Positions 1 to 11,690 of a DNA stretch of 64,000 nt are shown piece by piece. A program made the translations under genes and the position numbers. A model generated the notes under the pieces. It saw only the letters and a program-made list of their open reading frames with translations, was not told where the DNA came from and searched no databases. The DNA comes from Octopus vulgaris (taxonomy: Eukaryota), in the NCBI GenBank assembly GCA_951406725.2, contig OX597824.1, forward strand, positions 38,564,001 through 38,628,000, written 5' to 3'. Positions within the stretch are counted from its first letter, which is position 1, and each line of letters starts with the position of its first letter.

Positions 1-259
1 ATATGTAACATCTGTCCGAGATGGCAATAAATAGAGTCGAACCCGAAACTTCGTGTTTCCCAAGTAGACTTCTTAGCTATTCAAGCATAGTGCACCTACT
101 GTATATAATGTATATAATATGCATGACTTTTAACTTTTTTAATGCATGTAATCACAAGCTTCTTCACTCATTCTTAGCAAAAGAAAAAAAGAAAAGAACA
201 AGAGAGTGAGAAAGAAAAAGAAGAAACAAAATAAAGAAAAGCAGAAAGAAAAAGAAAAT

Positions 260-1100
260 TTTTTGCTGGATTGCAATGTGTTTGCATAATAAAAGATAGT
301 ATCATCTTTTACTTTGATACCAAGCATCTGTTGATGAAGCCATAAAAGTATTTCTCGTAGAGTATATTTAAAACATTTTTTATAACATTCCCATCCCACC
401 ATGTGTTGTCTATTCTATGTCTAACATACTTTCATTCAACATCAATATATGTTAACATCAATGATATATTTGCAAGGAAATCTAGAAGTATATTCTCTAT
501 AAAATTCATTTAATCTAAAGCGAATGTTATTCTAAAATAACAATATAATCTTGTATTTCTTAGCAGTTTTACAATGTCTAGTGCAGAAGCGAAGAGTTCA
601 GCGATGTTCTCCTTACCAATTAGATTTAGTACACTTCAAGAGAAAAAACTACTGCATCTTTCTCAAATACCTCTCTGTTTTGCTGTCTCCAACTCTCTCA
701 GCTGAAGAGGCGTTACAATGAACGGACGACCCAACATTAAAGTGTTTAAAAGAAGTTAAATGGAAAAACTAGAATATTTAATGTTATGAGCAAGAAAATT
801 ATCTTTAATCAATCAAAATTACACTTGTAATGAAAACACAGATTATTGGATCTAATTCTAGAGAGCCTAAGGGAGACAACTCAATCTAGTTAATAACTGA
901 ATGATGGCTTGAGCAAGTGTGATAATTTCAGATATGTTTCATACTTATTTAACCTCCTCAGCAAAAGAGAATAAAACCGTGTTTAGTAAATATTCAGGAT
1001 GGGCTTTTAGGCAAAGGATATTTTCTTATCTTCTTCTACCAGTCACGGAGGCCCTGAAAAAGTCTCAAGGACACTTCAGCTCCAAATCTCTCATCCGATT
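260..1100 (-). pseudogene. Highly degenerate DIRS-like (tyrosine-recombinase retrotransposon) remnant: RNase H, DLFAS-type region, and N-terminal part of the recombinase
   Basis: Broken minus-strand peptides occur in the expected order. RASVTG (cf. DAS..GWG), NISEIITLAQAI (cf. IN.LE..A) and RIRSNN (cf. ..SDN) resemble RNase H; IAELFAS resembles IDLFAS; RQHMVGWECYKK..ILLWLH..DTIFYYANTL resembles RQY...W..F..L.FL..TI..Y.SAL. Many stops and frameshifts. Confidence 0.4.
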
Positions 1101-1387
1101 TAATCCTTAAAAGAGTCAAAATTTAAATAAAAAGTGCATCCCACACAGAACATGACTAGAATAACTGTCTAGATGTGGTGTGGAATAGATATTTAAAGAC
1201 TTGAGGTTGTACACTAGCCATTAAATGAGGTGAAGAATCTCTTTCTTTTGGCTTAATGATGTCATTTTTCAATCTTAAGGAATGATCATAGGTTTCTAAG
1301 ATGATGTTGGAAATAGATGGAAATATCGTGCCCATTCCTCAATAGGAAGAGATGAATACAATTCCCAATTAATTCTGAAGAAATAAT

Positions 1388-1599
1388 AGTTTCAAGTTGT
1401 GGCACAAGGCCAGCAATTTGGGGGGAGGGGTAAGTCGATTACATCGACCCAGAATTCGACTGGTACTTATTTTATCGACTCCGAAAGGATGAAAGGTAAG
1501 GTCGACCTCGGCGGAATTTGAACTTAGAAAGTAAAGACGGATGAAATACCACTGAGCATTTTGCCTGGAGTGCTAACGTTTCTGCCAGCTCGCCGCCTT
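1388..1599 (-). mobile_element. SINE family B (tRNA-like head plus Meta/MESC-like core), tail type 2
   Basis: Reverse complement of GGCGGCGAGCTGGCAGAAACGTTAGCA...GTTCAAATTCCGCCGAGGTCGAC..CCTTTCATCCTTTCG..GTCGATAAAATAAGTACC, which recurs more than 15 times in the window. Confidence 0.85.
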
Positions 1600-2479
1600 A
1601 ATCTAAATTAATATTAACATCTAACTAATCAATAATTGTTCAGGTTCTTGAGGCTGTTTTAAAATACAAACAGAGCAGCAGAGAAGATACGACGTTTATA
1701 ATTTAGTTTATAGCAACCGGGTTCGAACATGTTACTGGCATTATGGAAAGAGCAATTTAATCTATATTTAATTTACTAAACCAAGTGTTGAGAATATATA
1801 TCAGCCCATTTGGAAATCTATTTATCACTTAATCAAGAGGAAGGTAGTACCTATGAGCCTTTACGGGGCCTTCTAGACTGATGAGATGAAGGTTTCCTTG
1901 ATCCAAGAACCTGACCCGAATGCTTGTTAGAGAGTGGGATTCCGCTAAAAGCTAAGCTGGACAAGGGATTAGGTCGACCACAAAAAAACAAAAACAAAAC
2001 AAAAAAAAACAAAACACGATGGGATTTCGAACTCAGAACGTAAAGAACAGAAACAAGTACCACAGCACATCCAGTTCGACAGTTCAATGATTCCACCAGT
2101 CCCTAGACGGGTACTTGTTTATCGACCTCGAAAGGTGTAGCCAAAGTAGACCTCAGTGAGATTTGATCTCAGAACGCAGGAAGCCTGTGTAAATATCACA
2201 AAGTATTTCGTCCGACGTTCTAATGATTTTGCCAATGAGTCGTTTACGTAATTGGTACGGCAGAAATATCACTAGCTACTGCGTGGCACTTTATTCAATA
2301 GAAGAAATATTTATCACACAGCCGCTTCTCATCATAAGAACTCTGGAGCTGTTCTAACTTGCCTTTTGATAATTGTGATACATGCTCTAGAAGTGGCGAT
2401 AATTTTAGTAAATGAAGTATTTAACTTGTATGAAATTTGATATACCTGTATTTATCAATGTTGTTAATATACATGACAG

Positions 2480-2864
2480 TGGAGGCGCAATGGCCCAGTG
2501 GTTAGGGCAGCGGACTCGCGGTCGGAGGATCGCGGTTTCGATTCCCAGACCGGGCATTGTGAGTGTTTATTGAGCGAAAACACCTAAAAAAGCTCCACGA
2601 GGCTCCGGCAGGAGGTGGTGAACCCTGCTGTACTCTTTCACCACAACTTTCTCTCGCTCTTTCTTCCTGTTTCTCTTGTACCTGTATTTCAAAGGGGCCA
2701 GCCTTGTCACACTCTGTGTCACGCTGAATCTCCTCGAGAACTACGTTAAGGGTACACGTGTCTGTGGAGTGCTCAGCCACTTGCACGTTGATATCACGAG
2801 CAAGCTGTTCCGTTGATCGTATCAGCTGGGACCCTCATCGTCGCAACCGACGGAGTGCTCCTAC
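2480..2864 (+). mobile_element. SINE family C (tRNA-derived), full length with 12-bp TSD
   Basis: A box TGGCCCAGTGG and B box GGTTTCGATTCC. TATACATGACAG is repeated at 2468-2479 and 2865-2876. Confidence 0.9.
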
Positions 2865-4282
2865 TATACATGACAGCTGACTATTTTCCTTAGCTCACTA
2901 TTGTTTAATTTATGCAAATTACCTAGGCCATTAATGTACTCTACTATTTTGTATAAGTCTATGTCTTTAGGTTGCTAAAGATACGTTGAAACAACTGTTG
3001 TGCTGACGACGCCTATTGAGACTTAAACGCCTTCTTATCTCTTGACAATAAGCATGTCCTTTTCCTTAATAGCATGTTAAAATTTTTGAGTCTTCAGATT
3101 ATCTCACCTTCTCACATGGAACTGTACTTAATTGTTATTTGATGGTGATTGCGACACATTCTCTAATTAAAACCATCTCACGTCTAGGAGATGGGTTTAA
3201 ATTAATCAAAAATTTATGTTGCATGGTATTTTATATACTCGTATTTGTCTTAGAATAAGAAATAGCTTTTGAAAGCTTAAAATTGGGTTTAAGAGCTATT
3301 TAACTATAATATTTACCTATTAAAAGTCTGATGTAATGGGAATTTGAGTTTTAACTGCTTGCCACGTCTACTTTCAGACAAGACGGGAACGTTCGCTCAT
3401 TCAGTTGGCAGTTCGGCATCTCATCATCTGGGCGAGCTGCAACTTCCACATTTATAAATAGCTTGCTTGTAAATACTGATAAATTCAAACACGGAGTTCC
3501 GACGTTGGTTTGAATTCAAGCAAGAATAACTAAAACTCATGTAAGGATTGCAAATTAGCCAGTTAGCTCAGCAGTAGTCCTGACATTTATCAAATGAAAT
3601 CATATGCTTGTCGAATTTGCTAGAAACATTTTATAATTCAACGCTGTTCGCTTTTAATTATGTAAGGGCATTTCACACCAAATTGAAAACATATTTAGTA
3701 TATTTTCAGTCTTCGCTCAAAGTTTTATTTCATCCCTCTATTGGCAAAGATATATAGTCTGCTTCTTCTTTTTCTGCTTTTTCTTCTTTCTTATTTTTCT
3801 GGCTAAATAGCCAAACAGGCGGATGTTTCCACCATGCCGGAAACCTGAAGTAGTATTAACGCTTTCAGTCGGATAAACTTTCCAATGATTGACTGGAATG
3901 AAACAAAATGTTGTGTGTTTGTTGCTGATACAAGTGTTCAGTGAGAAAATATATATCATTGGTAGACAAGGCGGGGGCGCTGTGACTAAGATACGATTAA
4001 TGTTGGCAAGATATCACCATAACTAGCATAAATACAATACTTGTGGGCAAAAAGGCTGTTAGTGATTATTGTCGTTGTTTAGTTATAGTTGGCATTGATT
4101 GAGGTGTTCAAGTTTTAAAGCTTTAATTGTCTCACTATTTAGCTGTCGCGCTCCTCCACAGGACAAAATAAAATATTGGTTTCCGTATGGTGAATGACCT
4201 TGCACATCACGTTTCAAAATTAAGATATATGAAAGCAATGCAATATATATATGACATACATATACATACATAAATAAAAGTC

Positions 4283-4590
4283 TGGCACTTCGTCTGTTAT
4301 GACGACGACGGACCAGCTGATTCCGTCAACGGAACGGCCAGTTCGTAAATTTAACGTGCAAGTGAATGAGCACTCCAGAGACACGTGTACTCTTACAGTA
4401 GTTCTCAAGGAGATTCAACAACGTCTCAGAAGGTGACAATGTTGGCCTTTGGAAATACAGGTACTACCCATTTTTGTCAGCTAAGTTGACTGAAACAACG
4501 TGAAATAAAGTGTGTTAGTCAAGGACACAACACACAACCGGGAATTGTATTCACAAACATATGATCTTGATTAAAATAGCCTAATCACTA
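4283..4590 (-). mobile_element. SINE family C, diverged copy
   Basis: Matches the reverse complement of the 2480 and 42233 copies (GGCACT.CGTC.GTTA.GACGACGA; TTAACGTGCAAGTG..TGAGCACTCCA). Confidence 0.75.
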
Positions 4591-4599
4591 AGCCACGTA

Positions 4600-5390
4600 C
4601 CTTCATCAAAGAAACACTGCCTGTCCTTCCTGGCCAAAAGAATTTAGTGGGACTCAGCGGATAACCGAATACGTCCTGCACGCGAAAGCAGCTGTTCGAC
4701 ATAAACCCACAAGTCAATAATGCTCGGGTGCTGGACGAAGACGTGCAGAGCAGTTTTATCTGGCTTGCGGCACTTCCACACCTGTAGATTTTATCCCAAA
4801 CTACAATGCTCCTCGGTAGCACTGCCAGGCCAAGGATTTCTGGAAATTATCTGGTTCGGCTCTGACACGTAAGTCCTCCGGAACAGACCAGTCAGCTCAA
4901 TCTCGTCGACAACCAGAGTTTCCCCAAGAACATCGTAGCACTTTCCCGCCACAAACTCTCTATAGAACGCCTGAGTGGAACTTCTACTGACCACGTTTCC
5001 CGACTAACAGAAGACTGTGAACAACTGACGACACTCTAGGGTCCTTGCCTCGGTCTACCTTGATCCAGGACTGCAGCTTAGACAAAGAGACGAGCTGTGA
5101 AAAATCCTGCCTGACAAATTGCTACTACACCTACTCACAGTCGGCGCATTTGTAGCCACGGCATGCTCAACCCTCCATTCAGACGTAATTTGGGGCAAGG
5201 TGATAATACATTCGTCACCACTGTGGTAGGTTTCACTCAGACGATTTGGGGGTGAGATTGACCACCCTACCCAACACTTCGCCCAATTCTTCTTCACCTG
5301 GAGATCTGGACCAATCACTCCGCCCAGTGTTTCATGACGTCATCGGTGGCACGGACCTGCCTCTCCAGGTTGACGCAGATGAGGTTGAGG
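4600..5390 (-). pseudogene. Degenerate Tx1/L1-clade LINE fragment related to the 49.3-52.6 kb element
   Basis: GPDLQVKKNW matches GPDLQMEKNW. STQAFYREFVAGKCYDVLGETLVVDEIELTGLFRRT matches TTKAFYRGLVEGKYDDDLGANLGVDEEYLTRLFETT. Frameshifted and internally deleted. Confidence 0.8.
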
Positions 5391-5428
5391 TTGATGATAA
5401 AGCCCTGTTTATATTGGAGTCGAACACG

Positions 5429-6120
5429 ACGCCATATGCCCATGGCAATTATGGAGTGAATTTTAGGGCTTATACATCTAACATTTTCTTATCCTTCCCA
5501 ATACCGGTTCCCATGTGTTACTCATATCTTCACTTGGTCTGCTTAAGAGGTTGTTATGTACTCGCATATGTGCTGCTTCTTTTAGTTTTCGTATTTTCCA
5601 GTGGTGTTCTCTCTCTATTATTTCAACTTCATCCCACAGGTGGAAGTGGTCTCCATTATTCCATATATGATCAGCTATACCCGATTTATCAATATGCCAT
5701 TGTGTCACAGCTTTGCGATGTTCGTCTACCCTTGTTTTGAGGGCCGGCATGTTTCGCCTTTGTATAACCTAACGCAGCTACATGAAGTTAAAATAATAGA
5801 AAGAGAACACCACTGGAAAATACGAAAACTAAAAGAAGCAGCACATATGCTAGGACACAACAACCTCCTAAGCAGACAGACTGCAGATATGAGCAGCATA
5901 TGGGAACCAGTATTAAGGAAGGATAGGAAAATGTTAGATCTATAAGCCCTAAAATTCACTCCATAAATGCCCACGGCTATATGGCGTAGTGGGTAAGAGC
6001 GCAGGCTACTAAGATTCCAAGTTCTATTCTAGGCAGTGACCTAAATAATACTAATAATAATAACATCGAAAAATGCCTTAGGAATGAGAACCTAGGTTCG
6101 AATATCCGTAAAGTGTGAAT
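5429..6120. mobile_element. Penelope-like element 3' end (GIY-YIG endonuclease C-terminus plus 3' UTR) present as an inverted duplication
   Basis: Minus strand reads SCVRLYKGETCRP/LKTRVDEHRKAV..SGIADHIWNNGDH..IIEREHHWKIRKLKEAAHM. The plus strand from about 5782 repeats IIEREHHWKIRKLKEAAHM..WEPVL. Arms are about 5429-5632 and 5782-5988. Confidence 0.8.
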
Positions 6121-6187
6121 TAAGTTATGGCTGTATATATATATATACATACATTTACACACGCGCATATACATATATATATATATG

Positions 6188-6524
6188 TCCTGTCGAAAAG
6201 ACGCTTGTCTGTGACGTCCTGTGTTTGTTATTATTATTATCATTATTGTTTTTACGTATTTTTGTATTCGTGTAACATCGTCCGTTTTCCCGTCCTTGTT
6301 TTGTATACATTCGAGGCTTTCTTCCAAGGAATCTAATGCGCTTGGCTTAGATTTTCCTTTGGGGCTGGCCAGGTCGGAGCAATCTCAAGATTAATCAGCC
6401 GAAATTGCGAGGATGATCCGGTTCTTGACTGAAGATTGAAGGCTTCGAATGTCCCGTCCGTGTTTTTTGTATCGTCTTCTAAATGTTTTGCGTTCTTGTC
6501 CCAGTTTGTATTTTTTTACACATT
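6188..6524 (+). mobile_element. Non-autonomous ~330-bp element next to (TA)n, carrying a scrambled HHR-like motif (copy 1)
   Basis: Clearly homologous to 56125-56452 and non-coding. Confidence 0.75.
6363..6435 (+). ncRNA. Candidate non-circularly permuted hammerhead ribozyme (copy 1)
   Basis: Order: GGCTG(6363-67), GCAA-TC(6379-84)-TCAAGA, ttaat, CAGCC-GAAA(6401-04)-TTGC, TCTTGA-CTGAAGA(6429-35). Helices I, II and III and the full core are present. Confidence 0.65.
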
Positions 6525-6930
6525 TACTCTTTTACTCTTTTACTTGTTTCAGTCATTTGACTGCGGCCATGCTGGACACCGCCTTTAGTCGAGCAATTCG
6601 ACCCCGGGACTTATTCTTTTTGTAAGCCCAGTACTTATTCTATCGGTCTCTTTTTGCCGAACCGCTAAGTGACGGGGACGTAAACACACCAGCATCGGTT
6701 GTCAAGCAATGCTAGGAGAACAAACACAGACACACAAACACACACACATACATATATATACATATATACGACAGGCTTCTTTCAGTTTCCGTCTACCAAA
6801 TCCACTCACAAGGCATTGGTCGGCCCGGGGCTATAGCAGAATACACTTGCCCAAGATGCCACGCAGTGGAACCATGTGGAACCATGTGGTTGGTTAGCAA
6901 GCTACTTACCACACAGCCACTCCTGCGCCT
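6525..6930 (-). mobile_element. SINE family A (tRNA-derived, internal TA/CA microsatellite, (AAAAGAGT)n tail)
   Basis: Near-full-length reverse complement of 55422-55840. Confidence 0.9.
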
Positions 6931-7594
6931 ATATATATATATATATATATATATAGTGCGCGTGCGTGTGTATGTATTTAGGGTTAGGGCTATCTATCAT
7001 GTAAGCGATAAATATCATTTAATATACACAATATTTCAACTTACAATTAGTTTTATGTTGTGAAAACTCAATAAACAGACAAGCGTGTATAGCTATGCCT
7101 TGCATTTTGCCCGTTTGAATCAATATGGTTAGGATGCTAGTCCTTGAAAAATAAACGAGAAAAGGCGCTGGTCTTTGAGAAAATACGAGAAAGAATGAGA
7201 GGAAAGCAAAAGCAAAATGTGGAATGAAGAAACAAAGAGAAAAGAAATTCAAGAGCTATATCATTTTGCCCGTTTGAATCAATATGGTTAGTGTTCGAAT
7301 CAGTGCGGTATCCTCCAATTCAACAAAAGAAATATGTCCATATGTTTGCGTTTAAAAAAAAAAAAAAATTCAGATTTAGATTTTAGTTGGTCTGTAGGAT
7401 TCTTAAATCTAAAAAGTATATGAGATCTTTCGGCTGATCACAGCGTGCATCTCTTTGATCCATTAACGTATGGCGTGGATCACTCCGGGATTTCAGTTGG
7501 CCTTGAAATCTCAGATAATGCTAACCAGCTTTGTGGTTTTCTTCTTATCTACGAGTCGGAAAGAAGACTGATGGTTTGTGTATATATGTATATA

Positions 7595-7978
7595 TAGCTT
7601 GCTTACCAACCACATGTTTCCGGGTTCAGTCCCACTGAATGGCACCTTGGGCAAGTGTCTTCTGTTATAGCCTCGGGCCAACCAAAGCCTTGTGAGTGGA
7701 TTTGGTAGACGGAAACTGAAAGAAGCCTGTCGTAATAGTATATATATATAGATAGATAGATAGATTTATGTGTGTGCATATGTTTATGTGTCTGTGTTTG
7801 TCCCCCCAGCATCGCCTGACAACCGATGCTGGTGTGTTTTCGTCCCCGTAAAAGAGATCGATAGAATAAGTACTAGGCTTACAAAGAATAAGTCCTCGGG
7901 TCGATTTGCTCGACTAAAGGCGGTGCTCCAGCGTGGCCACAGTCAAATGACTGAAACAAGTAAAAGAGTAAAAGAGTA
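7595..7978 (+). mobile_element. SINE family A, 5'-truncated
   Basis: GGGTTCAGTCCCACTG..GGCACCTTGGGCAAGTGTC..ACTGAAACAAGTAAAAGAGT. Confidence 0.85.
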
Positions 7979-8783
7979 TACAATACAATATATAATATAT
8001 GGTATATGATATACATATGTTTATATTGTTTGTGAGTGCCTGAATGTGTGTGTATGGTTATGTATGTATGCTTGGGCGTATTTGCATTTATATTTGTCCC
8101 CACCTCACCAATTGAGAACCGGTGAGGGATTGTTTACGTTCACTTAAGTCAGTGGTCCAGCAGACAAAAAAAAAGACGATAAAATAATTATCAAAGTTTG
8201 TTCAACTAAACTACTTCAAGGAGCGGTGTCCGAGCACGGATGTAGTCTAATGATTAAAACAGTTAAAATAATATAGGTATGCACACACACACACACACTT
8301 GAAGACCGAAGAATTTGAAAATGATTTCCATGTTGCCTGTGCAATGCAACTGAAGAGATGAAGGGTGTATTATAAATTTTGCTTCAGCGAATTGCAAACG
8401 TCACAGAGATGCAAATAAAATCCGTCTGAAAGCTGGTATTTAGCGAATGAAGAGGCTTACCTTACGAATTAAAATACGTTGAAAGATAACGCAACTGGCA
8501 CCATGCCAGATAGACCGTGTAGCCTTCAGGGGTTTCGTATGAAACAGAAAAAATAAATAAAGCACAAACAGTATTTTTCACCTCTTTCAATATGTACATT
8601 CACATGCATTATGCATTCAAATATATGTGTGTGTATGTGTGCATGTGCGTGTGAGTGTGAGTGTGAGTGTGTGTGTGTGAGCGCGAGTGTGAATGCTTAT
8701 ATATACATATTCCATACGTACGCGCGCGTATGTATATATATATATATATATGTTTACCCACACGCTCACACATACAATATATA

Positions 8784-9118
8784 TCTATTATATAAAATCC
8801 GTTCTGTGTGTGTGTGTGTGTGTCTTCCAGGATCTCGAGTATCCTCCATCCGATTGCGCTCAAATTTGATATGTAGATACCGACGGTATCTGGGCGTCTA
8901 TAAGTCTTGAAAAAATTACAAAAATCGATTCCTGGTGAGAATGCGATCGATAAAGGGGAAAAAATCAGTTTTCTTCTTTTGCTGGTGTCTCCAATTTTGG
9001 TTAAATCAGTGTATCTCAAAGGGGAAGCCTATGGGACGGTCGAACAAGTTTTTTGAGAAAATTTGGTTTAAATATTTGACAACTCAGCACCGTCCATTGG
9101 ACGGAGGGCATTTTGCTC

Positions 9119-9119
<1 letters not shown>
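8784..9119 (+). mobile_element. Non-autonomous Helitron-like element
   Basis: 5' TCTATTATATAAA, internal (TG)n, subterminal hairpin CCGTCCA-T-TGGACGG (9090-9104), and a 3' CTCG (cf. CTAG) followed by T. Confidence 0.65.
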
Positions 9120-9187
<68 letters not shown>

Positions 9188-9228
9188 CTCTCCCTCTAAA
9201 TATATACACACGCATACTTTCATTTATT

Positions 9229-9262
<34 letters not shown>

Positions 9263-9268
<6 letters not shown>

Positions 9269-9667
9269 GTTTAGCAACGAATTGCCTCGCCACACACCGA
9301 ATTTAGAAATAGCAGTCAAAGAGATATAGCTATTCCTTCTACTAAAAGGGAGATCTCAGTAAAAACACAGCACTTGAAAGGCAAACACAGACAGGTAAGA
9401 AAGAATGAGATGACGGCAATCTATCATACAATTTTAAGTTACCTACGGACGTACGTTTCGAAATCAAGTTTTAGGAAAGCATAAGAATTAGAAAATTCTA
9501 CCTTACCCAAACTTCTTTTTCATCGGCGTAGGATACTACAATTATGAATAATTGTATATTAAATTTTGAGATACTAGAAGGCATTATCTCAACTCAGTGT
9601 CAGAGCGAGCCAAAGCATTACCAGTACCACGAAATTCAAAGTGTGAATGAAAGTTTGTGTCACCAGC

Positions 9668-9670
<3 letters not shown>
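9263..9670 (-). mobile_element. (TA)n-flanked non-coding element carrying a type I HHR (Penelope terminal repeat or retrozyme-like)
   Basis: Bounded by (TA)n on both sides. The terminus AAGGGTTTAGCAAC..TTTAGAAATAGCA is shared in opposite orientation with 43390-43446. Confidence 0.6.
9442..9532 (-). ncRNA. Type I hammerhead motif with a U4C core change
   Basis: Minus strand: CCTACG-CCGATGA-[long imperfect stem II]-GAAA-C-GTAC-G-TC-CGTAGG. 6-bp stem I, palindromic stem III loop, GUC triplet. Confidence 0.7.
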
Positions 9671-9710
<40 letters not shown>

Positions 9711-10887
9711 CCATATAATATTTATGTGCGCGTATATGTGCGTGAGTTTGTATGTGTATGTCTCAAACTTACAACTTCTCTCTCTAAATCTGACCAACAT
9801 TATACAATATCACACACACACAAACACACACACAGACACTCACTCACTCACTCACTCACTCACTCACTCACATTCACAGAATGGTAAGAGTTCTAGCAAT
9901 GAATGGAAGACGTTTCATATGTGAGATTTTTTACAGATATGAAAATTTTACTGGAGAAATCGAAAATTTATTTCAGTTTTTTTTATGAGAGAGAGCTACG
10001 GGATCTTTGGATGTTTTACATATTTATTTATTTAATTAATTAATTATTTGTACATCTAATTATTTATTTATGTTTTCATCTACCTATCTTTCATTGGAAG
10101 ACTGAAAGCTTGTTACAGAGAGTGTGCATAAAGCCATTAAACCCTATGGCTTTTCCATGTATTAACCGATACTTAATCTGCTAAAGATACAGGCAATTAA
10201 AATGTTATTGCAAATTTTATTCACTTGCCACAACATATTTTGAAGAACTCCATGCTTCACCCAAATACTGATTTCAAATTTTGGCACAAGGTCAGCATTT
10301 TCGACTTCAGTGTTTAACAGGTATTATTTTATGGACGAAAGGATGAAAGGCAAAGTCAACCTCGGTGAAATTTGAAGCCAGAACGTAAAGATGGAAGCAA
10401 AGCCGCTATGCATTTTGCCCGGCGTACTAGCGATTTTCCAGTTAACCGCCTTGTTTCATCCAAATATTTCACACCATACGCTGTTTTTGATAACATAAAA
10501 GTTGTACGAGCATATTAGATGCATCCCAATTTCAGCAAGAGAAACTGTTTGGAGAGTATTCAAGCATTATAGAGCCCAATTTCGTAAATAGGATCTAGGA
10601 CGGTTTTTTGAAAGATTATTGGTTGAAAAACAATGCGTCTTATATGCCATCAGATACAGTATGCCCTGGCTGATAAAATGTGAAACTAACTTTGACAGGA
10701 TTTGAACTCAGAATGAGTAAATGCATGGCCATATGGTTAAGATGGTTGAGATGATCGCTTTGCAATCATGTGATTTCGGGTTCAATCCTACAGCGTGATT
10801 TGTTATATGATTTAATTCAATAAGCAGTAAAACGAAATAAATTCATTTATAAGATTTCTCGTATACATTTTTCGTCTGTCATTTGTG

Positions 10888-10961
<74 letters not shown>

Positions 10962-10979
10962 GCATATATGTACACATAT

Positions 10980-11146
10980 TCTTTTATTCTTTTACTTGTT
11001 TCAGTCATCTGACTGTGGCCATGCTAGATCACTACCTTAGAGGGTTTTTAATCGAAGAAATCGATCCCAGGACTTATTCTGTCGGCCGCTTTTGCCGAAC
11101 CGCTAAGTTAAAGGGTTGTCAAACCACGGCATGGGTACAAACACAG

Positions 11147-11188
<42 letters not shown>

Positions 11189-11402
11189 TGTGTGTGTGTG
11201 TGTGTGTTTGTGTATTTGTGTGTGCGTGTGTATGTGTGTGTATGAGTGTGTGTGTGTGTGACGGGCTTCTTTTAGTTTCAGTCCACCAAATCCACTCACG
11301 AGGCTATAGTGGAAGACATTTGCTGAAGGTGTCACGCAGTGGGACTGAACCCGGGACCATGTGGTTGAGAAGCAAGCTTCCTACCACACAGCCACTTCTG
11401 CA
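10980..11402 (-). mobile_element. SINE family A, diverged
   Basis: Same head, body and tail motifs as 55422-55840. Confidence 0.8.
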
Positions 11403-11422
11403 CCCACCCACCCACACACACA

Positions 11423-11459
<37 letters not shown>

Positions 11460-11594
11460 CGTATGTGTTGTATTTATACGACCAATTGTTGCTGGATAGC
11501 ACCCTGGAAAAGCTCTCCGCATGACGTTGAGTATTAAGGAATATTAAGTGTCCCAGACCCGGCGAGACAGTTCAACTCGAGATTATTAAGAAGT

Positions 11595-11690
11595 CGCTAT
11601 TTCGCCATTGATATGGCTCCTCAGTGCCATATACTCGAAGTATCGGGAAACGAAGTGAATCGTTTGTCTGGGACATACATGCAAATAGTG
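11595..11690 (-). ncRNA. Candidate type III hammerhead within a highly structured ~270-bp island
   Basis: Minus strand: CACTA-TT-TGC-ATGTAT ... GTATAT-G-GCA-CTGAGGA-GCCAT-atca-ATGGC-GAAA-TAGCG. The core is perfect and stem II has 5 bp. Confidence 0.55.

Noticed and set aside
2480-2560. tRNA gene
   Set aside because: A/B boxes are present but no acceptor stem closes. It continues into a SINE body and is flanked by TSDs. The same applies to the other SINE heads.
10470-10661. Possible pogo/Tigger-like terminal repeat (GCGTCTTATATGCCATCAGATACAGTA)
   Set aside because: Only one end resembles a TIR and no matching partner was found.
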